64,000 nucleotides of DNA. It comes from Acidobacteriaceae bacterium (GTDB lineage Bacteria > Acidobacteriota > Terriglobia > Terriglobales > Acidobacteriaceae). Position 1 is the stretch's first letter, and each line of letters opens with the position of its first letter. Under the pieces are notes generated by a model, which worked only from the letters and a program-made list of their open reading frames with translations, had not been told where the DNA came from and searched no databases. The stretch spans positions 18,483 to 82,482 of the forward strand of contig DAIDGW010000017.1 of the NCBI GenBank assembly GCA_027452245.1. Reading direction: 5' to 3'. The translations under genes and the position numbers were made by a program. Shown here one piece after another: positions 29,723-37,404 of the stretch.

Positions 29723-29881
29723 GGCAACCTGGCCGTATCACAAATAGGCAAGCATACCTGCGCTCGCCTGAAGGAGCACTTAACTTACTCGATTAGTTAT
29801 TTTCGGTAACTTGTTTTTCCTCCCAGCAGGGAGTTAAATGCAGCGCACGCTAGTCAGGAAGCACATCCGGAGGAAATCGCC

Positions 29882-30136
29882 ATGCCCGACGGAGAGCAGG
29901 ATTGGATCATGAAATACAGAGCGGCACTGGATGCCCATCCAATTGCGCAACCTCATTCCCTTCTTCAGTCGTTGACCGATCTCGCGACAGCCTTCGCTCA
30001 CCGACTCCGTTGGATCAAGAAGGCCCAAATCGGCGAGGCAAACATACCCGTGGCCATGAAAATAGCGGCAATCCGCAAAGAGCACGGCGCGGCTGCGGAT
30101 GGCTCTACGCTAAACCTTGCAAAAAAAGCAGGTTAG
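29882..30136 (+). CDS. hypothetical small protein
   Basis: 84-aa ORF. GGAGGA lies 7 nt upstream of the ATG. No recognisable motifs. Confidence 0.3.
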   Translation: MPDGEQDWIMKYRAALDAHPIAQPHSLLQSLTDLATAFAHRLRWIKKAQIGEANIPVAMKIAAIRKEHGAAADGSTLNLAKKAG

Positions 30137-30169
30137 CTGACTTAAGAACTCCATTACTTCTAAAAAGCG

Positions 30170-30187
30170 AGTTAGTTTCGACTAACT
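30170..30187. promoter_or_regulatory. perfect 18-bp palindrome AGTTAGT-TTCG-ACTAACT upstream of the LuxR-family gene (candidate operator)
   Basis: Read directly from the sequence. The right arm runs into the 12-mer TAACTATTTTGA (30183-30194), which recurs exactly at 32923-32934 upstream of the FG-GAP gene. A related copy (TAGTTATTTTCGG) is at 29794-29806. Confidence 0.35.
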
Positions 30188-30367
30188 ATTTTGACTAGCT
30201 CGAAATATGAACCCCCTCTAAAAACTTGACATCTGCCACGGAGAAGGCTAAGAATATCTCGCGCTTCCTAGTGAACTCCTCCCCCCTTTTAGCGAACGTG
30301 TAAGATCCGTCTCGCCGTTGACCCCGGGGATTCACACTTTAAACTTTTTAGATTGCGGGGTTTGAGA

Positions 30368-30892
30368 ATGTTCATCGGAACAGCCCAGCGCGGTGTCATC
30401 GTGACCGACGCTTCCCTGAAGTTACATGCGTTCAACACCGACGCGGTGCAGATCCTGAGCTTTCCCCACTCTTTGCAGAAGATCGCCGACGCCCACTCTT
30501 GGCTCAGCGGTCGCATCCGTTCCCGATTGTTTGAATCTTCCAGCCTCGTCAACTCTGTAAAGTCCGGTCGACGCACATATCTTTGCAAATCCATCCCAAT
30601 CCGGCTGGACGCAGCCGGCCACAAAGCCGACCGTCCCGGATTACTGCTGCTGCTCGAAAGGCAATCCAATGGCGTAGTTGGCATTGAGCGAATCTGCGAG
30701 CGCTTTGCCTTGACCGAACGAGAATGCGAAACCGTGCGCCTGCTGTTTGAAGGCTTAAGCAGCAAGGAAATTGCCAATCGAATGAAGATCAGCCACCACA
30801 CCGTGAACGCCTTCGTACGATTAGTAATGGTCAAGATGGGTGTCTCCAGCCGTTCTGGCATCGTCGGCAAAATCGCCAAGACCGAGATGTAG
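30368..30892 (+). CDS. LuxR-family transcriptional regulator (N-terminal PAS-like sensor + C-terminal HTH)
   Basis: C-terminal 'LTERECETVRLLFEGLSSKEIANRMKISHHTVNAFVRLVMVKMGV' is a GerE/LuxR-type HTH. ATG at 30368; the ORF-track start at 30353 is TTG. Confidence 0.85.
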   Translation: MFIGTAQRGVIVTDASLKLHAFNTDAVQILSFPHSLQKIADAHSWLSGRIRSRLFESSSLVNSVKSGRRTYLCKSIPIRLDAAGHKADRPGLLLLLERQSNGVVGIERICERFALTERECETVRLLFEGLSSKEIANRMKISHHTVNAFVRLVMVKMGVSSRSGIVGKIAKTEM

Positions 30893-31074
30893 AACCTCTG
30901 AGAGGCCCTCACTCCCGGCGTAGCGAAATTAGCTAGATCAAATGTCTTAACAGCCCAGCGTAGTTAATCCACGGAATTGAAATCTTTCCGCTGCGGCGTA
31001 GATTCAGGGCGCGCCACTGATCGGCAGTGATTCCCCTCCCCCCAAGCCGAAAGCGCAATTTAGGAGGAGAAAAA

Positions 31075-31674
31075 ATGCCCCGAGGAAAATTGTTGACAGC
31101 ATGTAGTCTCGTAGCGCTGCTTCTTTTCGCAGCGGCAGCGTGGGCCCAGGCGCCCACACCACCCACCGACACTCTGAAAGTGGATTACTTCTCAAACGCC
31201 AACACCGCCTCTGCTCCGGATGGAACTGTACGCATCACCAATCCGGGAACGTCGGGCGGCAATCTCTGCGCCGACATCTATGTATTCGATGCCAACGAAG
31301 AGATGTCAGAGTGCTGCAGTTGCATGGTCACTCCTGACGGGCTGCTTACGCTGTCGGTCAATACTGACCTGACCGGTAATCCGCTGACCGGCGTGGTTCT
31401 CACCACCGGCGTGATTAAGGTTGTCTCGGCTGCTCCAAGGAGCGGTACCTGCCCGCTGCCAACCTCGATTGCCCCTGTGCCAGCGCTGAGATCGTGGACC
31501 ACTCACATTCAGGACAGCACCTACGCCATTACCGAAGGCGTGTCCCCGGACGCGACCTTCAGCTCTGGCGAGCAGACTGCCCTCCAGAGTGGTTGCTCTT
31601 CCATCAAGAGAGTCGGCAGTGGCAAGGGTATTTGCGGCAACAGCGCAGCTCTGGCCTCGATCTGCAATACGTAG
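31075..31674 (+). CDS. exported Cys-rich hypothetical protein
   Basis: AGGAGGA lies 6 nt before ATG 31075. Signal peptide 'LLTACSLVALLLFAAAAWAQA'. Eight Cys in the mature part, including 'SECCSCM'. No family recognised. Confidence 0.6.
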   Translation: MPRGKLLTACSLVALLLFAAAAWAQAPTPPTDTLKVDYFSNANTASAPDGTVRITNPGTSGGNLCADIYVFDANEEMSECCSCMVTPDGLLTLSVNTDLTGNPLTGVVLTTGVIKVVSAAPRSGTCPLPTSIAPVPALRSWTTHIQDSTYAITEGVSPDATFSSGEQTALQSGCSSIKRVGSGKGICGNSAALASICNT

Positions 31675-31803
31675 TCGCCGGCCGGATGTGCAGCGTCTAA
31701 CCATCGAGGTGGGCCCATTCTCCCCCAGCCTCGGATCGCCAGGTGAAGCGGCCCATTCGCCTGGCGACTTTTCATTCATCCAAAAATAAAAGGGGCAAAG
31801 CAT

Positions 31804-32835
31804 ATGTCCATTTCGCAAAAAGTTTCCTGGCTGCTCGTAATGACGAGCTTGATTGTGATCGCACCCGGGACCCTCCTGGCGCAAAAAGACTCAGAAGTCC
31901 TGGCCGAGGTCGGTGGCACAACCCTGACCGCAACCGATCTTCAACGAGAAGAAGCCTCCAAGCTCTTACAGGCACGTTACGAGTATTTCCAGGCAGAAAG
32001 CAAAGCCTTGGAGGACTTGATCGACAAGACGTTGCTGGAGCAGAAGGCCAAGGAAGAGAACCTGACGGTAGACCAGTTGATGGACCGCGAAATTAAGTCT
32101 CAGGTCAAAGATCCCACCGAGGATCAAATGAAGGTCTATTACGAAGGGCTCGAAACTACTCAGCCATACGACGCGGTGCGCGGCAAAATTCTGGATAAAA
32201 TTCGTCAGATACGTACCGACAAAGCTCGCGCTGCCTTTTTGAAGTCCTTACGTGAGCAGGCCGCTGTCCGTATCGCGCTCGCCGGACCCAGCGCTGATGT
32301 TGATCTGAAGAATGCTACTTGGTCTGGTTCCAAGAATGCTCCAGTTCAGCTCGTTGAATTTGCTGATTACGAATGTCCATATTGTCAGCGGGTCGCTCCC
32401 GACGTTAAAAAAATCGTCGATAACTTTGGGCCGAAAGTCGCTTTTGCCTACAAGGATTTTCCCTTGCCGATGCACCCGCATGCAGAAAAGGCAGCGGAGG
32501 CGGCGCGTTGTGCTGGAAAACAAGGAAAGTTCTGGCAGTTTCATGACCAGCTTTTTCAGAGCAGAGAGTTGGATGTCGACCAGTTGAAGGCGCAGGCACA
32601 CTCCCTTGGATTGGATTCCTCGGAATTTGACAAATGCCTCGACAGTGGAACTGAGGCTGCGGATGTCGGGCGAGACCGGGCCGAGGGTGTCAGCTTGGGA
32701 TTGAGCGGGACCCCGAGCTTTTTCATCAATGGCCACTATTACAGTGGAGCGCTCGATTTTGATACTTTGCACCAGTTGATTGATCAGCAGTTGGCGGCAC
32801 CGGCCCAAACTCCGGAGATGACGGCACGCAGGTAG
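31804..32835 (+). CDS. DsbA-family thiol:disulfide oxidoreductase with N-terminal SurA-N-like helical domain
   Basis: Signal/anchor 'VSWLLVMTSLIVIAPGTLLAQ'. Thioredoxin-fold active site 'FADYECPYCQRV' (CxxC), plus 'FPLPMHPHA' and 'GTPSFFING'. Confidence 0.8.
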   Translation: MSISQKVSWLLVMTSLIVIAPGTLLAQKDSEVLAEVGGTTLTATDLQREEASKLLQARYEYFQAESKALEDLIDKTLLEQKAKEENLTVDQLMDREIKSQVKDPTEDQMKVYYEGLETTQPYDAVRGKILDKIRQIRTDKARAAFLKSLREQAAVRIALAGPSADVDLKNATWSGSKNAPVQLVEFADYECPYCQRVAPDVKKIVDNFGPKVAFAYKDFPLPMHPHAEKAAEAARCAGKQGKFWQFHDQLFQSRELDVDQLKAQAHSLGLDSSEFDKCLDSGTEAADVGRDRAEGVSLGLSGTPSFFINGHYYSGALDFDTLHQLIDQQLAAPAQTPEMTARR

Positions 32836-33141
32836 TTCGAATCCCTGCTCTGCCACCCGAGGCTCAAGCTCAAGGGTTTGAGCCTCACCCTATCCTCGGA
32901 GGTTCGGACTCTGTTCTCGCCTTAACTATTTTGATTACTTCAAAGAGACGATTGCCCGCCTTTCAGCAATCAACTAATGTTGCGTCCCGCGAAAGCATCA
33001 TGATCCGAAAACGGACCTTCGGATCGTTAGTTCCGCCCTCTCCCACGCCCTCTGTTCGGTTCTCGCTCGCCGCGCCCAATCCATTCGTGGCGCTGCGATT
33101 TTGTTGCCGCACATTGCGAACTCGAACTGCCCAAGGAAGCT

Positions 33142-36100
33142 ATGCGGAAACAAATCTCAATAAGCTCGGTTGTCTTTTGTTTGTTCCTCTGTGGAACCCG
33201 CTTAGCCTTCTCTCAATTTCAGCAGGGGATCCAGTTCCCAACAGGGAGTAACCCCGGAGCGCTCGCGGCAGGAGACTTCAACGGAGACGGCAAAAACGAT
33301 CTGGCCGTAGTGAACTCCGCCAGCAACACCGTCAGCGTATTGTTGGCGACTGGAAACGGCAATTTTCAGGCAAAGGTCGATTACGCCAGCGGAACCTCAC
33401 CGCAGCAGATAGCGGTCGCCGATTTCAATGGAGATGGAAAACTGGATCTGGCGGTCACGAATCGGACGTCCAACACCGTCAGCGTGCTTCTCGGCAATGG
33501 GGATGGAACCTTTCAATCCAAAATCGATTACCCAACCGGGCACCAGCCAACCGGTTTGGCATCGCAGGACGTGAACGGAGACGGCAAGCTGGACCTGGTT
33601 GTGACGAACTCTTTGGATGGCACGGTTAGCGTGCTTCTGGGGATCGGCGACGGTACTTTCCGGGTCCATGTCGACTACAACGTGGGATTAAATCCGACGT
33701 CCGTGGCGATCGGGGACTTCAACGGCGATCAACATCCAGACCTCGTAGTTGCCATGACCAATGACAGCAACACGATCAGTATTCTTCTCGGCAACGGAGA
33801 TGGCACCTTTCAGAATCCCCTCGCGTACCCTACCGGGCGTGCACCGTCCTGGGTTGCCGCTGCTGACCTAAATGGCGATGGCGTGCTTGATTTGGCGGTC
33901 GCCGACGAACTCGGCAACACCGTCAGCGTACTGCTGGGCAAAGGAGACGGCTCCTTCCCCCTGCATGTCGAGTATCCCACCGGCATCTTCCCCACCTCGG
34001 TGGCAGTTGCAGATCTCAACCAGGACGGGAAATTGGATCTCGCAGTCACAAATGCGAACAGCAATTCCGTGAGTATCCTGCTGGGCAATGGGGATGGGAC
34101 CTTCCAGTCACAGTTGGGCTACGGTGTCGGCAGCGCACCCTTAATGGCGATACTCGCGGATATGAACGGAGATAGCACTCTCGACATGGTGGCAGCGAAT
34201 AGCGGAGGAAATAGCATTAGCGTCGTCTTCGGGAATAGCGACGGGACATTTCAGACACGCGTGGACTACCCGTCAGGCGTGGATTCATCCGCCCTGACAA
34301 TCGCAGACTTTAGGAACAACGGTATAGCTGATATGGCGGTAGCAAATTCCGCCAGCAACAACATTGCCGCGCTGTTGGGTAATGGCAACGGCAGCTTCCA
34401 GGAGGCCGCTGACTATTCCACTGGCCCCAATAGCGGTTCTTCCGCTGTCGCGGAGGCCGACTTTAACAGCGACGGAAACGCCGATTTGGCCGTAGCCAAT
34501 TACGACAGCAACAGCGTTGGCGTTTTGTTGGGTAATGGAGATGGAACGTTTCAGACGGCAATCGAATTTCCCACGGGAACCAGTCCTGTTGCAATTGCAA
34601 CAGGAGATTTCAACCGCGACGGCAAAATTGATGTGGTATTGGCGGATTTCAATTCAAACAGCCTGAGCGTGCTTCTCGGCAACGGGGATGGCTCGTTGGC
34701 ACCGCAGGTCGAATATGCGGTCGGAAATAAACCTGTTTCGGTGGTAGTCGTGGACTTCAATCGTGACGGCAATCCCGATTTGGCGGTGGCCAATCAAGGC
34801 GACGGCGATCTCACCGTGCTCCTCGGGAATGGAGATGGTACGTTCGCGACTCCGCTTTCCTACGCGATCGGCACTTACGGGAACCCCAGTGGGGTTGTAT
34901 CGGCCGATTTCAATGGCGATGGCATCCCGGATCTGGCAGTCTCCGATCTCGACGCCCAGGCCGTCAGCATCCTCCTCGGCAACGGAGATGGCACGTTTGG
35001 CACGCCTTTGACATATCCGGTGGGGACCAGCCCCTATTCAATTGTCACCGCAGACATCAACGGAGATGGCAATCTCGACCTGGTCTTTTCCAGTTCGACG
35101 GATGCCCTGGTCACGGTGCTCTTAGGCAACGGCGATGGCACATTCTCCTCGCCCGCTCTTTTCGCTGCCGCTCCACAATCTCAATGGGTACAGATCGGAG
35201 ACTTCAATGGCGACGGTGCACCCGATCTGGCGGTTGCCGATGGGCTCAATAACACGGTTAGTATCTTCCTTAATGGCCGCGGCACAATGGCCGGCGTTAC
35301 GGCATCAAGCAACCCGTCTTCCTTTGGTGAACCCATTGAGTTCACCGCTACAATTTCAGCCAGTCTGCGAGGCTCAGGAACACCAACTGGAGTCGTCAAT
35401 CTTCTTGACGGCACGAGTCTTCTGGGCAGTTCGAATCTCAACGCAGGCGGACAGGCGGTCTTCTCTTTCAGTCAGCTTAGTGTAGGTGTCCACAGCATCA
35501 CAGCCCAATACCGCGGAGATCCTAACTTCAATCCCAATCGCTCAAGCGTCTTAAACCAGACTGTGGTCAAGGCACAGACCACCACTGGGCTGAGTTCATC
35601 TCCGAATCCATCGACAGCAAATCAGCCGATCGACTTCACCGCTACCGTCAATTCCGTTTCCGGAGTCCCAACGGGCACGGTCAGTTTCTGGGACGGGACA
35701 ACCCTCCTCGGCAATGCGGCCGTGAACCAAAGTGGCGTGGCGCTGCTTCCGCTCGCGGCACTCACCGCGGGAACACACATTGTGACCGCCTCCTACAGCG
35801 GAGATCCACATTTCAATCCCAGCAGTTCACCCCAGTTGAGCCAAAACGTCCTGAAAACCGCTAGCGGTATAACTCTGACCTCGTCTGTCAATCCTTCCGC
35901 CCTCAAACAGGCGGTGACCTTCAGCGTCGTGGTCACCCCTTCAACAACCGGCAACGTAAGCTTCTTTGACAATGCGACTCTGCTAGGCAGCGTTTCGCTT
36001 AACGCTGACTCTCTAGCTGAATTCACAATTGCCAATCTCGCTTCCGGCAGCCACTCTATCATTGCTAATTACAATGGCAACGCCACCGTCAACCCCAGTA

Positions 36101-36657
36101 CTTCGGCAGTGCTCGTGCAGAGTGTCTTCGGTCCGGCAGGCTTTCGCCTGAGCACATCTCCGAGCAGCGCCAGCATTCAACCGGGTGCAGCAGCCAACTT
36201 CACCATCCTGGCCACAGCGAAAAACGGATTCCAAGGCAAAGTCCAACTCGCCTGCGCCGGACTGCCGGCAATGGCAGAGTGTCAATTCACTCCCAGTTCA
36301 ATCTCACCGGGCGCCAGCGGCGCAACTTCAGCGCTGGTCATCAGCACCAACTCCACCGCCATGCTGACGCGTCCGATACTGAGAAGTGAAGGCGTACCCA
36401 GCTTCGCTCTGTGGATGACTCCGATCATGTTGCTGGGCATCTTCGCAGTTGGCGGCTCGAATCGCAGGTGGTTCTTCCCTCGACTCATGCTTTTCCTGGC
36501 GCTCATAGTCGCTTCTTTCCTGGTGGCCTGCGGCGGAGGCGGCACGGGCACTGCCGCAAGTCCGGGTGGCACTCCGGCAGGAAGCTATGCGATTACCATA
36601 TCCGGGACGGCTGGCAACGCGCAGAGTACCACGTCGCTCACGCTGACCGTGCAATAA
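33142..36657 (+). CDS. giant secreted FG-GAP/VCBS-repeat protein (14 blades) with Ig-like domains and C-terminal hydrophobic-hairpin module
   Basis: Signal peptide 'ISSVVFCLFLCGTRLAFSQ'. 14 tandem repeats of the 'DFNGDGK.DLAV.N..SNTVSVLLGNGDGTFQ' type. Three 'Big_3_5'-like modules ('P..F.ATV....PTG.V.F.DG...LG...........L..G.H.I.A.Y.GD..F..S'). C-terminal module at 36400-36654. Confidence 0.9.
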   Translation: MRKQISISSVVFCLFLCGTRLAFSQFQQGIQFPTGSNPGALAAGDFNGDGKNDLAVVNSASNTVSVLLATGNGNFQAKVDYASGTSPQQIAVADFNGDGKLDLAVTNRTSNTVSVLLGNGDGTFQSKIDYPTGHQPTGLASQDVNGDGKLDLVVTNSLDGTVSVLLGIGDGTFRVHVDYNVGLNPTSVAIGDFNGDQHPDLVVAMTNDSNTISILLGNGDGTFQNPLAYPTGRAPSWVAAADLNGDGVLDLAVADELGNTVSVLLGKGDGSFPLHVEYPTGIFPTSVAVADLNQDGKLDLAVTNANSNSVSILLGNGDGTFQSQLGYGVGSAPLMAILADMNGDSTLDMVAANSGGNSISVVFGNSDGTFQTRVDYPSGVDSSALTIADFRNNGIADMAVANSASNNIAALLGNGNGSFQEAADYSTGPNSGSSAVAEADFNSDGNADLAVANYDSNSVGVLLGNGDGTFQTAIEFPTGTSPVAIATGDFNRDGKIDVVLADFNSNSLSVLLGNGDGSLAPQVEYAVGNKPVSVVVVDFNRDGNPDLAVANQGDGDLTVLLGNGDGTFATPLSYAIGTYGNPSGVVSADFNGDGIPDLAVSDLDAQAVSILLGNGDGTFGTPLTYPVGTSPYSIVTADINGDGNLDLVFSSSTDALVTVLLGNGDGTFSSPALFAAAPQSQWVQIGDFNGDGAPDLAVADGLNNTVSIFLNGRGTMAGVTASSNPSSFGEPIEFTATISASLRGSGTPTGVVNLLDGTSLLGSSNLNAGGQAVFSFSQLSVGVHSITAQYRGDPNFNPNRSSVLNQTVVKAQTTTGLSSSPNPSTANQPIDFTATVNSVSGVPTGTVSFWDGTTLLGNAAVNQSGVALLPLAALTAGTHIVTASYSGDPHFNPSSSPQLSQNVLKTASGITLTSSVNPSALKQAVTFSVVVTPSTTGNVSFFDNATLLGSVSLNADSLAEFTIANLASGSHSIIANYNGNATVNPSTSAVLVQSVFGPAGFRLSTSPSSASIQPGAAANFTILATAKNGFQGKVQLACAGLPAMAECQFTPSSISPGASGATSALVISTNSTAMLTRPILRSEGVPSFALWMTPIMLLGIFAVGGSNRRWFFPRLMLFLALIVASFLVACGGGGTGTAASPGGTPAGSYAITISGTAGNAQSTTSLTLTVQ
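33229..35283 (+). repeat. 14 tandem in-frame ~49-aa FG-GAP repeats (coding repeat array)
   Basis: I counted 14 consecutive units by eye, each with a D-x-N-x-D-G-x-x-D Ca-binding-like loop followed by 'VLLGNGDGTF'. 685 aa over 14 units gives about 49 aa per unit, consistent with two 7-bladed propellers. Confidence 0.85.
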
Positions 36658-36760
36658 GCGCAGGCGTGGAACAGTGACTGAATTTTCAACTTGCTCGCGA
36701 TTCCCTCTGTCGCAGGGAGGAACCCAATGATGCAAGGTTACTTCATATAGTGCGGTCTGC

Positions 36761-36790
36761 TTGACATGTTCCGATTTCAGGACGTATAAA
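36761..36790 (+). promoter_or_regulatory. sigma-70-like promoter (TTGACA-18 nt-TATAAA) immediately upstream of small ORF 36802
   Basis: TTGACA at 36761-36766 and TATAAA at 36785-36790. The predicted start site would leave only a few nt before ATG 36802 (near-leaderless). Confidence 0.3.
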
Positions 36791-36801
36791 ATTCATCATC
36801 C

Positions 36802-37056
36802 ATGGGACACGCAATTAGGGCAGGTCTTGCGATTGCCGTTATCCTCTCGGTCGCGGCCATTTTGATTACTCCTACTTGTTCGGACGATGTCGATGCGGTT
36901 CTCCATCATCAATTTCAGATCCTCCATCCTGCCTTCACGGCCGGGGCTCACATTGGCGATTCGCTGGCTAACCTGTTATTGTGGGTAGGCAATCTCGATT
37001 CTCCCCATCTCCATTTCACTCACTTGGTGGACCTTCTGTGTGCTCGCCTCTGCTAG
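36802..37056 (+). CDS. hypothetical small membrane protein
   Basis: 84-aa ORF with an N-terminal hydrophobic helix 'AGLAIAVILSVAAILITP'. A consensus-like promoter lies directly upstream. There is no SD sequence. Confidence 0.35.
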   Translation: MGHAIRAGLAIAVILSVAAILITPTCSDDVDAVLHHQFQILHPAFTAGAHIGDSLANLLLWVGNLDSPHLHFTHLVDLLCARLC

Positions 37057-37187
37057 CAACTTCCTGCTCGCCACGCTGAGATTCCTGGGCCCGTCCTAGC
37101 GCCTCATTTTCATTTTTGCATGCGAGTAGTGCTCTCGGGTTCCGCGGCAGTGAACTACTCTCCACATGAAGGAGGTAACCGTTTCAA

Positions 37188-37388
37188 ATGGGCCGATCCG
37201 CAATGCTGATCAAGCAGATTCAGGAGAGAATCAATGCGATTGAAACTGAGGCCGCGCGACTGATGGTATTCGCGAATATTACTTCCGACGAAGCTCTCGG
37301 GGGCCGTCTTAAGAAAAGCGCTCGTTCAATTGCCAAGAATACCGCCGCAATTCAGAGGCGTCTGGCAACGCTCGATAAATCTACGTAA
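37188..37388 (+). CDS. hypothetical small helical protein
   Basis: 66-aa ORF. GAAGGAGG lies 12 nt upstream of the ATG. Heptad-like charged sequence. Confidence 0.35.
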   Translation: MGRSAMLIKQIQERINAIETEAARLMVFANITSDEALGGRLKKSARSIAKNTAAIQRRLATLDKST

Positions 37389-37404
37389 GATCTCAACTTC
37401 TTCT

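Noticed and set aside
30289-30912. 207-aa ORF antisense to the LuxR-family gene
   Set aside because: The sense frame has a textbook GerE/LuxR HTH. The antisense ORF is Ser/Arg-rich with no start-site support.
33002-33025. Perfect 8-bp hairpin (GATCCGAA-N8-TTCGGATC) in the 5' region of the FG-GAP gene
   Set aside because: No U-tract and no resemblance to any riboswitch core I know (c-di-GMP, cobalamin and others were checked by eye). It may be a UTR structure, but nothing specific can be supported.
33229-35283. Regular ~147-nt periodicity that could be mistaken for a CRISPR-like or satellite array
   Set aside because: The units are contiguous, in frame, and encode FG-GAP blades with conserved Ca-binding loops. 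There is no repeat/spacer alternation and there are no cas genes.
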